Assembly: GCA_963736575.1 (NCBI GenBank)
Contig: CAVTPD010000001.1
Location: 790,340-854,339 of the forward strand
Source of the DNA: an uncultured Cytophagales bacterium
Lineage (GTDB): Bacteria; Bacteroidota; Bacteroidia; Cytophagales; JAAEPT01
Length of the DNA: 64,000 nucleotides
Direction: 5' to 3'
A program made the translations under genes and the position numbers. This document shows, in pieces, positions 1-7,752 of the stretch. The notes beneath the pieces were generated by a model. The model saw only the letters and a list, made by a program, of their open reading frames with translations, made no database searches and was not told the DNA's origin. Numbering within the stretch: position 1 is the first letter of the stretch; each line of letters begins with the position of its first letter.

Positions 1-133
1 GCCAGTTTTTTTAAAGATTGTTAAAATCTATTGGCATAAATTGGGCTACTAAATTTTATTCTATGTAAGAACTTCATAGAAGCGTATTTATTATGTTTTT
101 CCTTCGGAAGTTTTAATCTAAATTTAGCCCCAA

Positions 134-1342
134 TTGAAAACAGAAAAAGAAATAGAGGCTTTAATAGAGCTGCTTTTTAGTCAAAAGTACGCTTCCGACA
201 ATGAAACCAAGTCACAAGAGGCTCTTTACAGGCTTTTTTCGGATACAGGTTTGAATTTTGGTTTTCCTGTAAAAGATATTTTTCAGGTTACCCAAAAGAC
301 CAATTCCGAAAAGGAGTTGATGAAAAGTATTTTAATACAGGCTTTGTTTGCCATTTATTCTGCCAATCAAAAAGAGGAACAAAGCAAACCAAATTTTATA
401 GAAGAAGTCAATAAGTTTTATTTAAGCTTTTTGTTTCAGGGTGGTACACCAATTAATAGAAATACAGACCTTGAATTATTGGCCCATGTTCTGGAATCTA
501 GGTTAACTACGGGTAAAAGCTGGTACCAAGGGGTGATGAATAAAGTGTTTTTCAGCAATTTTTTATACTTAGATGTTATGCTGTTTGGTTCTATGTTGGC
601 CGGTCATTTAACACCAGAAGTGGTGGCTAAAATCCGTAAGCAATGGGTTTTTAGAACTTTTTGGGTGATAAAGAAAGTAGCTTCAGCAGATGATCTTATT
701 CAGAAAGAAGAACAAGATTTAATGAAGTCATTTTTAAGAGCCTCATTGTTACACGTAGAAGATTATAAGGCTTTTAATAAAAAAAGTTTAGACGAAGTTC
801 AGCAAGAATACTTTGGCAATATTCAAGAAAAATCATGGCTACTAAAACGTTTTTTATTGGATTTAGCGGTTTTAACCGCATGGTCTGATAAAGAGATTAA
901 GGATTCTGAAAAAGAATTTTTAATACAATTTTGTTTTATGCTAGGCTTAGAAGAAAAAGAATTAGATTTTTCTTACCGTGATGTAGAGTCCTTTGCTGAA
1001 CAGTTTGGTGGAGCCTTGCCATTTGCTAAAGATAAATATCCTTATCAGGAAATTAGTCAAGAGTATCTAATCAAATTGGGCGGAGTTTTAAAAAAGAACC
1101 AAAGCCGAATAAAAAAGGAAATAGAGGAAAGTAAGGAATTGGTGTATTTGCTGAACAAATCACGCAAGCAACCTTTAACGGAAGAAGAAAAGAAGAAGGT
1201 ACGCACACAAATTATTGATATTCTTAAAACACTTCCCATTTTTGTTATTATAGCGCTACCGTTCTCATTTATAACGCTTCCCGTGTTGTTGAAAATCTTG
1301 CCAACCTCTGCATTACCCTCTTCTTTTCAGGATGAGGATTAA
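134..1342 (+). CDS. LETM1-related / TerB-like membrane-anchored protein, function unknown
   Basis: 402-aa ORF with a TTG start. A K/E-rich coiled segment is followed by a C-terminal hydrophobic helix (LPIFVIIALPFSFITLPVLLKIL), as in bacterial LETM1-related proteins. The start codon is uncertain. Confidence 0.5.
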   Translation: MKTEKEIEALIELLFSQKYASDNETKSQEALYRLFSDTGLNFGFPVKDIFQVTQKTNSEKELMKSILIQALFAIYSANQKEEQSKPNFIEEVNKFYLSFLFQGGTPINRNTDLELLAHVLESRLTTGKSWYQGVMNKVFFSNFLYLDVMLFGSMLAGHLTPEVVAKIRKQWVFRTFWVIKKVASADDLIQKEEQDLMKSFLRASLLHVEDYKAFNKKSLDEVQQEYFGNIQEKSWLLKRFLLDLAVLTAWSDKEIKDSEKEFLIQFCFMLGLEEKELDFSYRDVESFAEQFGGALPFAKDKYPYQEISQEYLIKLGGVLKKNQSRIKKEIEESKELVYLLNKSRKQPLTEEEKKKVRTQIIDILKTLPIFVIIALPFSFITLPVLLKILPTSALPSSFQDED

Positions 1343-1423
1343 AATATCTCTAAAATGTTTTTATTTAATAGAAAAGTCTCTATTTTTGCATCCCGATAAA
1401 TAAAGACATTGTTCAATATTTAA

Positions 1424-1495
1424 CGGTTTTTAGCTCCTAAAGAGCATCCTGATCTAAATTCGGGAAGGTTTCAGGAAAGAGTCCTGTTAAATAGC
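1424..1495 (+). pseudogene. degenerate tRNA-like remnant related to the adjacent tRNA-Arg
   Basis: A D-arm-like TAGCTC..GAGCA and the stretch AGGTTTCAGGaaaGAGTCCTG match the real tRNA at 19 of 22 positions (hand alignment). The T-loop TTC is lost and the acceptor ends do not pair. Confidence 0.35.
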
Positions 1496-1537
1496 AAGTT
1501 AAAGTTTTTACAGAAATGTAAAACTAAAATATAGTCC

Positions 1538-1611
1538 GGTTCCATAGCTCAACCGGATAGAGCAACTGCCTTCTAAGCAGTAGGTTTCAGGTTCGAGTCC
1601 TGATGGAATCA
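1538..1611 (+). tRNA. tRNA-Arg (anticodon TCT)
   Basis: Cloverleaf folded by hand. Acceptor GGTTCCA/TGGAATC, D stem GCTC/GAGC, anticodon stem ACTGC/GCAGT with loop CTTCTAA, T arm TCAGG-TTCGAGT-CCTGA, discriminator A. No encoded CCA. Confidence 0.9.
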
Positions 1612-1624
1612 CTTTTAACACATA

Positions 1625-1654
1625 AAGCCCTGTTTTTCAGGGCTTTTGTTTTTT
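1625..1654 (+). terminator. rho-independent terminator after the tRNA
   Basis: 8-bp stem AAGCCCTG/CAGGGCTT with a 5-nt loop, followed by TTTTGTTTTTT. Confidence 0.7.
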
Positions 1655-1789
1655 ACGTGCTAAAATGGTGCTAAAATTAATTCCAGAAAGTAGGGTTTGT
1701 TTTTAAAATTGCGGCTAGTTTATTTTAGTGAGCATTTGAAATCATCACCATGATTAAAAAAGGTTAATTATTTAGTTATTCTTTTAGAA

Positions 1790-2242
1790 CTACTTTTCAA
1801 TAGCTTCTTCCAAAGAACTGCAATACACTATGTTAAGTTTGTTTATAATGTTATCTGGGAAGTCTCTTTCAATTTTTGCACGCCCAGCTTGTACGGCATC
1901 ACTAAACCAGGGTTCGTTTTGAGGAAGTATCTTACGGTGTTCTTTCAAGCCAAATTCTAGCATATCGCGTTTCCAGACTACAAAATACCATTCCATAGAG
2001 GGTTGATGAAAAGCCTCCAGCGCACGTTTGTCAAAAATGAATTTTTCTATTTTATGTTTCTTAACAAATTCTCCAGCCTTTGTAAAAAATTTCTTAAATG
2101 TATCTATAGGCACATAAGGCTTTTTAATCTGGCATATCAATATTTTCTGATCTTCCAAAAGTAAAAGATCACCATATTTTTTTGAATAAACTGTTATGGT
2201 TTTAATATGATTAGACATCATTAGATTGTATTTATACTTCAA
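1790..2242 (-). CDS. hypothetical protein, possibly a STAS/SpoIIAA-like partner of the upstream phosphatase
   Basis: 150-aa ORF overlapping the PP2C gene by 11 nt, which suggests translational coupling. No diagnostic motif was recognised, so the function is a guess from context. Confidence 0.45.
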   Translation of the reverse strand: MKYKYNLMMSNHIKTITVYSKKYGDLLLLEDQKILICQIKKPYVPIDTFKKFFTKAGEFVKKHKIEKFIFDKRALEAFHQPSMEWYFVVWKRDMLEFGLKEHRKILPQNEPWFSDAVQAGRAKIERDFPDNIINKLNIVYCSSLEEAIEK

Positions 2243-3143
2243 ACCCTATTATTAAAACATCATCTGTTTGGCTTTGTTTACCTTTCCAATCAAGAAGTTC
2301 TTCCTCTAATTTAATTTTTTGTTCTTCCATTGAAAAAGTATTCAGGCTTAATAGTAAATCTTTAAATTTCCCAACGGTGTATTTTTGATCTACATCACTA
2401 AATTGGTCCGGAAAACCGTCACTAAAAAGGTAAATTTTATCTTTTGGTTTCAGCTCAACTTCAATTTCTTCTACTTTTTGATGCTCAAAATGCGTATCTC
2501 CAATGCAAAAACGATTACCTCTATACTTCGTCAATTCATTTTCCCGGATTAAATATAATGGTCTTTTAACACCAGTATAATGTAATTTAGATTTATCACT
2601 TGTAATCTTTATGATAGCTAAATCCATGCCATCAGAAATACCGGTGTTCTCCTCATTAAAGTTTAGACTTTTTTTAATCCGTTCATCAAAAAGAATGACC
2701 AGCTCTTTTAAAGAAATTTCTGGCTCTTCTTTAATTATATTGTTTAAGGTAGTTACACCTAAAACGGTTAGCATGGCTCCTGGGATTCCGTGGCCTGTGC
2801 AATCTACAGCAGCAACATAAGTAGCTTCTTTGCTTACATATGTCCAATAGAAGTCTCCACAAACAACATCTTTTGGACGGTAAAGGATAAAAGATTTACC
2901 GAGTTTTGTTTTAATTTTCTCTTCACTTTGGAATAAGGATTTTTGTATCCTTAAAGCGTAATTGATAGAGTCTTGAATGTATTGATTTCTAGAAAGTAGA
3001 ATGTCTTTTGAAGAATATAATTCTTGCTGAATATTGCGCATGTTTTCAGTTGTCATCTGTAACATACTGTGCAAAGCGGCATATTGTTCTTGTAGAACAT
3101 CAATTTTTTTTCTGGCTTTCTTCAGTTTATTCTTTTTACCCAT
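2232..3143 (-). CDS. PP2C-family (SpoIIE/RsbU-like) serine/threonine phosphatase with an N-terminal coiled coil
   Basis: Motifs GDFYW, DCTGHGIPGAM, DGMD, SDGFPDQF and C-terminal TDDVLIIGFEV are typical of the SpoIIE/PP2C domain. Confidence 0.8.
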   Translation of the reverse strand: MGKKNKLKKARKKIDVLQEQYAALHSMLQMTTENMRNIQQELYSSKDILLSRNQYIQDSINYALRIQKSLFQSEEKIKTKLGKSFILYRPKDVVCGDFYWTYVSKEATYVAAVDCTGHGIPGAMLTVLGVTTLNNIIKEEPEISLKELVILFDERIKKSLNFNEENTGISDGMDLAIIKITSDKSKLHYTGVKRPLYLIRENELTKYRGNRFCIGDTHFEHQKVEEIEVELKPKDKIYLFSDGFPDQFSDVDQKYTVGKFKDLLLSLNTFSMEEQKIKLEEELLDWKGKQSQTDDVLIIGFEV

Positions 3144-3298
3144 GCTTCAGTAACAAAAGTGCTAAAATTTGGTTTAAGGTTTTCGGTCTTTTCGATAAAT
3201 CAAATATGTTATGGTATTAACAATTGAATATCTGACTTAAAAAAGATATACCAACAAAGATATTTTTCCTTAAAGCATTCTAAAAATAGCGTTACTAA

Positions 3299-4897
3299 TT
3301 ATTGAATAATAGTAATGTAAGTAGGGGAACGTGTTTCCTGAGGTATAATGATGTAATAACCCACCTCTACGGTTTCGCCTCTGTCGTTGGTTCCGTCCCA
3401 AGTGGTAGGGCCATACAAAGTCCGTATAAGATTACGGCTGTAGTCGTAGATTAAAATTTGTCCTTTTTCTTCAATAAAAAAAGTGTCGGCCACACCGTCA
3501 CCGTTTGGAGTTAAGACAGGATCGCAACCGCTTATTCTATCCAGTATAAAACTATTTTCAGCAGTACATTTTTTAGTATCTGTTACACTTATTTTATATT
3601 GACCAGCTGGCAGATTGTCAATTTCAGTAGTGGTAAAAGTGTTTGTATACGTTTCGTTTTCTAATGTATAAATAAACGGTTCTGTTCCCCCATTGATTTC
3701 GGTATTAGCTAGATCAATAGAATAACCAGTAGAACAATCTTTATTAAGTACTTCTACAAAAGACGTATTGATTTCAATGCATGGTTTTACAGTAATTAAA
3801 AAGGAATCACTTTCAATGATCAAGTCTGGAATAGTACTGTTAGATACACGTAAATAATAGATGCCCGAATCGGATAGATTTATAGGGTTAAAACCTAATT
3901 TTTCAGAAGTTGAACCCGTTATTAATTCACCGTTTTTGTACCATTCATAGTTGTTGTTTAGAGATGCATTGGATACTGGGTATGGTACATTAACATTGTT
4001 TTCAGCTCTAAAAATATAATCTTGAAGAAGGAGTTTTTTTTGAGGTTTATAGGTGAAAGTATAACTTGGATTTTGTTGTATAATAGGTTCTAGATCTTCA
4101 AAAGTTAACTGGCAGCTATTAATATCTACATTTATTAAATTGGGTTTATTGTTTAATACGGGGATTTCCTCAACCTTATTATCAAAAACTACTAACTGCT
4201 TTAGAGTGGTGTTTTGATTAAGGTCGCTTAAATCTTTTATGCTATTTCCCCATGCATATAATATTTCCAGCTTATTCAACTTATCTAAACCAATAATTGT
4301 ATCGGTGTTTGTTTTATGAATATGTAATTCAATAAGATTTGGGCATTTAGAAAAATCTAGTGGACTGATTAAAGGATTGTCCCCAACAACGAAGTTCACA
4401 AGGTTAGGGAAGTTAATTAAATCGGGTAGAGTAGTAATCTGGTTACCGCTACAATAGAGTGAACGTAAATTATGATTGTTTGAAATATTAGGTAGCTCAG
4501 TTAATTGATTGTTCATTGCTTGAAAATCAGTTAACTGAGTTAAGGAAGTCATATCCGGCAAATTAGTGAGCTTATTATTGCTAGCGTAGAAATTTACGAG
4601 CATACTCATGCCCGCTAAGCTGGGTAATTCACTCAGTTGATTGTCCGAAATTCTAAGCGAAATAATAGAAGTAAAGTATTGAATGCCTTCTGCATTATGC
4701 AAGTTTGAATTGGCTAAGTCCAAAGTACCCGTTAACGCAGATGCCTGACTTAGGTTTAGCTCGTTTCCTTGCATTACTTGCGGATAACTGCTAATAAGTT
4801 TGTTGCGCAAGTTTGTGTCTGGTAACGCAACCGTTTGTGCAAACGATTTTGTTACAGTCAAAAGCAAGAAAAAGAGTACAATTTGGTATAACCTCAT
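3299..4897 (-). CDS. leucine-rich-repeat surface protein with a SprB-type repeat and a T9SS type-B C-terminal sorting domain
   Basis: Signal peptide, then about 10 LRRs (LxxLxLxxNxL periodicity). A Cys-bounded SprB-like repeat (LPAGQYKISVTDTKKC) follows. The C-terminus TPNGDGVADTFFIE...TWDGTNDRGETVEVGYYII matches the gliding-motility type-B CTD pattern. Confidence 0.75.
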   Translation of the reverse strand: MRLYQIVLFFLLLTVTKSFAQTVALPDTNLRNKLISSYPQVMQGNELNLSQASALTGTLDLANSNLHNAEGIQYFTSIISLRISDNQLSELPSLAGMSMLVNFYASNNKLTNLPDMTSLTQLTDFQAMNNQLTELPNISNNHNLRSLYCSGNQITTLPDLINFPNLVNFVVGDNPLISPLDFSKCPNLIELHIHKTNTDTIIGLDKLNKLEILYAWGNSIKDLSDLNQNTTLKQLVVFDNKVEEIPVLNNKPNLINVDINSCQLTFEDLEPIIQQNPSYTFTYKPQKKLLLQDYIFRAENNVNVPYPVSNASLNNNYEWYKNGELITGSTSEKLGFNPINLSDSGIYYLRVSNSTIPDLIIESDSFLITVKPCIEINTSFVEVLNKDCSTGYSIDLANTEINGGTEPFIYTLENETYTNTFTTTEIDNLPAGQYKISVTDTKKCTAENSFILDRISGCDPVLTPNGDGVADTFFIEEKGQILIYDYSRNLIRTLYGPTTWDGTNDRGETVEVGYYIIIPQETRSPTYITIIQ

Positions 4898-6036
4898 TTT
4901 CGTATTATTGTTAATTCAACTTTTTCAATTCTATTATCGGCATATTCAATAATGGCGAAATAAAGTCCTAAGTCTACTAAGTTACCGCTAAAGTCTGTGC
5001 CATTCCAAGTAGCATTTCCATTAGCAAAGTTATCTTTATATATCTCTTTTCCGGTAGAATTGTAAATCACAAATGTCCCTTTGTCCTCTTCTTCTAATAA
5101 AATATTCCATTTTTCTCCAAATTCGGGGTTAAAGCTAAAGGCTTTATTTTGCGGGCACCATTTTTCTGTAACGCTAATTTTATTTTCATAGGTGCAGGCT
5201 TGTTCTTCAATAAAAACAGTGTAATCACCAGCCGAAAGATTGTAGAAAGTGCCGTTCAGGTCATTTTCTGAGTCGTTAATTCGGTAAACGTATTGTCCTA
5301 TTTTATTTGGTGTGATGGCTATTTTTCCGTCAGATTTTCCATTGCATGTAGAAGATGCGTTTATTTCGAAAGTTTTAGAACAATTCACAATAGGCTTTTC
5401 TATTGCATTAGTAGGCTTTGGAATGCTTTCTACAGCTTTTTCTGTTGTTGTTTGGGCTGAAGTTGAAGTTGTGTCTTGCTTAACTTTCTTGTCTACAGTA
5501 GTTGTGATTTCTAAGGTGTCTTTTTGTTCCTCTACAGTCAAACGTTCTATTGACTTATTTTTCTGTGGCTTATTTTCTGTGGTTGCGACAGGAGTAAGGT
5601 TTGTGCTCTTGTTTTGCTTGCTTATTTCTTCTTCAACCGTTTCTTTTTCAGAATGAAATTCAATTGTTGGTTTCTTTTCTTTAGTTAATGAATCGGCAAC
5701 AAGCTGTACGGATTGTGTTTCTTTAGGATTCTCTGAAATGAAATAATACCCAATTCCTGAAATTCCCGCTAAAATAAGTGCTGCAGAAATTATTTTTTTA
5801 GAACGAAACGTAGAGCCCTGATTTTTGGGTTTATTCAAATCTTGCTGCATGGTATCTTTCAATGCCGAAAGATTAGCATAGAAAATAGTATCGTTCACCA
5901 ATTTCATTTCGCTTACTTCTGAAGCCAATTCAGGATTTTCTCCCATGTCTTCTTCAAAAGCAAGTTGCTCTTTAGGCGTCATTTCCTTTTTCAGGTAACG
6001 ATCTATTTGGTCATATTTTAGAAAATCGTTTTTCAA
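4894..6036 (-). CDS. anti-sigma factor, single-pass, with an extracytoplasmic SprB-type repeat and a degenerate type-B CTD-like domain
   Basis: Overlaps both the sigma gene and the LRR gene by 4 nt. The N-terminal motif (DRYLKKEMTPKEQLAFEEDMGENPELASEV) is typical of Bacteroidota anti-sigma factors. It has a TM helix IISAALILAGISGIGYYFI, a T/E/K-rich linker and a C-terminal part paralogous to the downstream cargo. Confidence 0.65.
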   Translation of the reverse strand: MKNDFLKYDQIDRYLKKEMTPKEQLAFEEDMGENPELASEVSEMKLVNDTIFYANLSALKDTMQQDLNKPKNQGSTFRSKKIISAALILAGISGIGYYFISENPKETQSVQLVADSLTKEKKPTIEFHSEKETVEEEISKQNKSTNLTPVATTENKPQKNKSIERLTVEEQKDTLEITTTVDKKVKQDTTSTSAQTTTEKAVESIPKPTNAIEKPIVNCSKTFEINASSTCNGKSDGKIAITPNKIGQYVYRINDSENDLNGTFYNLSAGDYTVFIEEQACTYENKISVTEKWCPQNKAFSFNPEFGEKWNILLEEEDKGTFVIYNSTGKEIYKDNFANGNATWNGTDFSGNLVDLGLYFAIIEYADNRIEKVELTIIRK

Positions 6037-6599
6037 TATTTCAATGCTTTTAAGAATTCAGGTGATTTGTGAATGAGCTCAGAAAGCTTCTTTTTACACT
6101 TGTAATTCATGTTTTTAGCCACACTTTCATCTTTGTAATCCATTAGGGAGGCTATTTCTTTCATGGTCTTTTTTTCGAATACGGAAAGAGAAAGCATCTT
6201 TCTGCAGTTTTCTTCCAATTTGCTGAAAACCAACTTGAAGGTACTCATGCGTTCTTCACTAATCATATCATCCAGTTGGTTTACATCAGCAGCCATGTCC
6301 GGTACTTCTTCCTTAGATATTTTTCGGTTTTTTCTGGTTATATCAACCCATTTGTTTCTAGCTACTCGGTACAAGAATCCATCTACATCATATTCATTCT
6401 TGTATTTTCCTTCGTGTATGTAATGATAGAGCGTTATTACGGCTTCCTGAAAAACATCATGCGCATCATCAACAGAACCAGAATTTTTTAAAATGAAACT
6501 TTTTATTTTATTCAAAGGGTCTTTGTAAAGATAATTGAGTGCTTCTTGGTTTCTACCACTTTTTATCGCCTCAATTATGATCTTTGAATTGTTTGTCAT
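6033..6599 (-). CDS. ECF-type RNA polymerase sigma-70 factor
   Basis: 188 aa. Region 2 (DDAHDVFQEAVITLY...FLYRVARNKWVDITRK) and a region 4 helix-turn-helix (KTMKEIASLMDYKDESVAKNMNYKCKKKL) are present. Confidence 0.85.
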   Translation of the reverse strand: MTNNSKIIIEAIKSGRNQEALNYLYKDPLNKIKSFILKNSGSVDDAHDVFQEAVITLYHYIHEGKYKNEYDVDGFLYRVARNKWVDITRKNRKISKEEVPDMAADVNQLDDMISEERMSTFKLVFSKLEENCRKMLSLSVFEKKTMKEIASLMDYKDESVAKNMNYKCKKKLSELIHKSPEFLKALKY

Positions 6600-6709
6600 T
6601 TGCTAAAACTACGTCTCAAAGAAAAAAAAGTAACCTAGAAAAGTTTTAATATTAACTTTATAAAATTCAAGTTTCGTAAACTGTACATACAAAAACAGAA
6701 CATAATCTA

Positions 6710-7609
6710 TTGAGAATTAGAACTCAAAATAACGTTTTTAGACTGGTAATTGTATTGCCTTTATTGGGTTTGTTACTTCCTTTCGGAGGTAAGGCCCAAT
6801 TAGAAGCGCCTGTTTATGAAGAGTTCTCACAAACAATTTTAAACCCTTATATTATTAATCCATCTGCAATAGATACCAATTATTCAATTAAGGTTCGGTT
6901 TAATAATGTTTCTGAAATAGGTTTGTTTAAAGGAGTAAATCGGTTCTATTTAGATGCCGATAAAAAGTTTGGAAGCTCTAAAAAAGAACGTTTGCATTAT
7001 GGCGGCATTCAATTGACCAGTTCTAGACTGGGAGAGTATATTCGGAAAAATAGGGTGCAGTTGAGGTATTCGTTATATACCCAATTAAGTAAAAAAACAG
7101 CGGTGTCAGCAGGCATTTCTTTTGGCCTTATTAATTATTCATTTCAGACAACCCAAGGGGGTAGCGGTGGTTCGGATACTGGTCCGGATGGTGCATTTGG
7201 TTTGCACCTGTTGCGTAATAAGTTTGCAGTTGGTGTTTCTGTTCAGCAATTGTTCACTACCGTTTTACAACCCATTGATAAAACATTTGAATTCAATAGA
7301 CTTTATAATTTTGATGCGCAGAGAATCTTTTTTCTATCGCCCCAATTTAACCTGAATGCGCAAGTGGTTTTTCAGTTAAAAGAGGAAAGCAAGTATGCGT
7401 ATTCTTTCAACTGTATGTTGGATTATAATGACAGATTATTTGCTGGTGTTAGTGATTATAGTTTAACGAAAACTTCAGTAAATCTTGGGCTCAAACAAGC
7501 AATTTTTAGCGATTATGATTTTAGCTTTTTTGTGGCGTATACTTTTTTTCATTCTTCAATACCGCTTTCAGACAACACATTAGAGCTGTTTTTCGCCTTT
7601 TCAAAATAA
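6710..7609 (+). CDS. PorP/SprF-family T9SS outer-membrane protein
   Basis: Signal peptide, then the N-terminal motif EFSQTILNPYIINPSAID, which resembles the PorP/SprF QYM.NP..INPA signature. About 300 aa with a beta-barrel-like composition. Divergent from a type-B CTD cargo operon, which is the usual context. Confidence 0.55.
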   Translation: MRIRTQNNVFRLVIVLPLLGLLLPFGGKAQLEAPVYEEFSQTILNPYIINPSAIDTNYSIKVRFNNVSEIGLFKGVNRFYLDADKKFGSSKKERLHYGGIQLTSSRLGEYIRKNRVQLRYSLYTQLSKKTAVSAGISFGLINYSFQTTQGGSGGSDTGPDGAFGLHLLRNKFAVGVSVQQLFTTVLQPIDKTFEFNRLYNFDAQRIFFLSPQFNLNAQVVFQLKEESKYAYSFNCMLDYNDRLFAGVSDYSLTKTSVNLGLKQAIFSDYDFSFFVAYTFFHSSIPLSDNTLELFFAFSK

Positions 7610-7752
7610 TTTTTTATTACATGGGTTACTTTCCAGTTTCTCTTCCGAAGCTTAATTAAAAGTAAAGCTATTACGATTTAAGGCTATTCAGTAAAGTTTT
7701 CGCTTTTTGAAAAACTTTAGTCCTCGAAAAGAGCAGCTTAAATAACCCGTAT
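7603..7752 (+). promoter_or_regulatory. conserved upstream leader, copy A (before GH30)
   Basis: Homologous to 11765-11908. The shared core is TGGGTTACTTT..CTTCCGAAGCTTA.TT.AAAGTAAAGCTATTACG, with a shared block just before the ATG. Confidence 0.45.

Noticed and set aside
1657-3169. The direct repeat GTGCTAAAAT(T) occurs at 1657, 1668 and 3159, flanking the PP2C module next to the tRNA gene. It could be an att-site duplication of an integrated element.
   Set aside because: The match is only 10-11 nt and AT-rich, so many matches of this length are expected by chance in 64 kb. There is no integrase or other mobility gene between the copies, and the repeat does not overlap the tRNA 3' end.
5312-5656. 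A 114-aa plus-strand ORF inside the anti-sigma factor gene.
   Set aside because: It is antisense to the low-complexity T/E/K-rich linker. It has no start context and its composition mirrors the sense strand.
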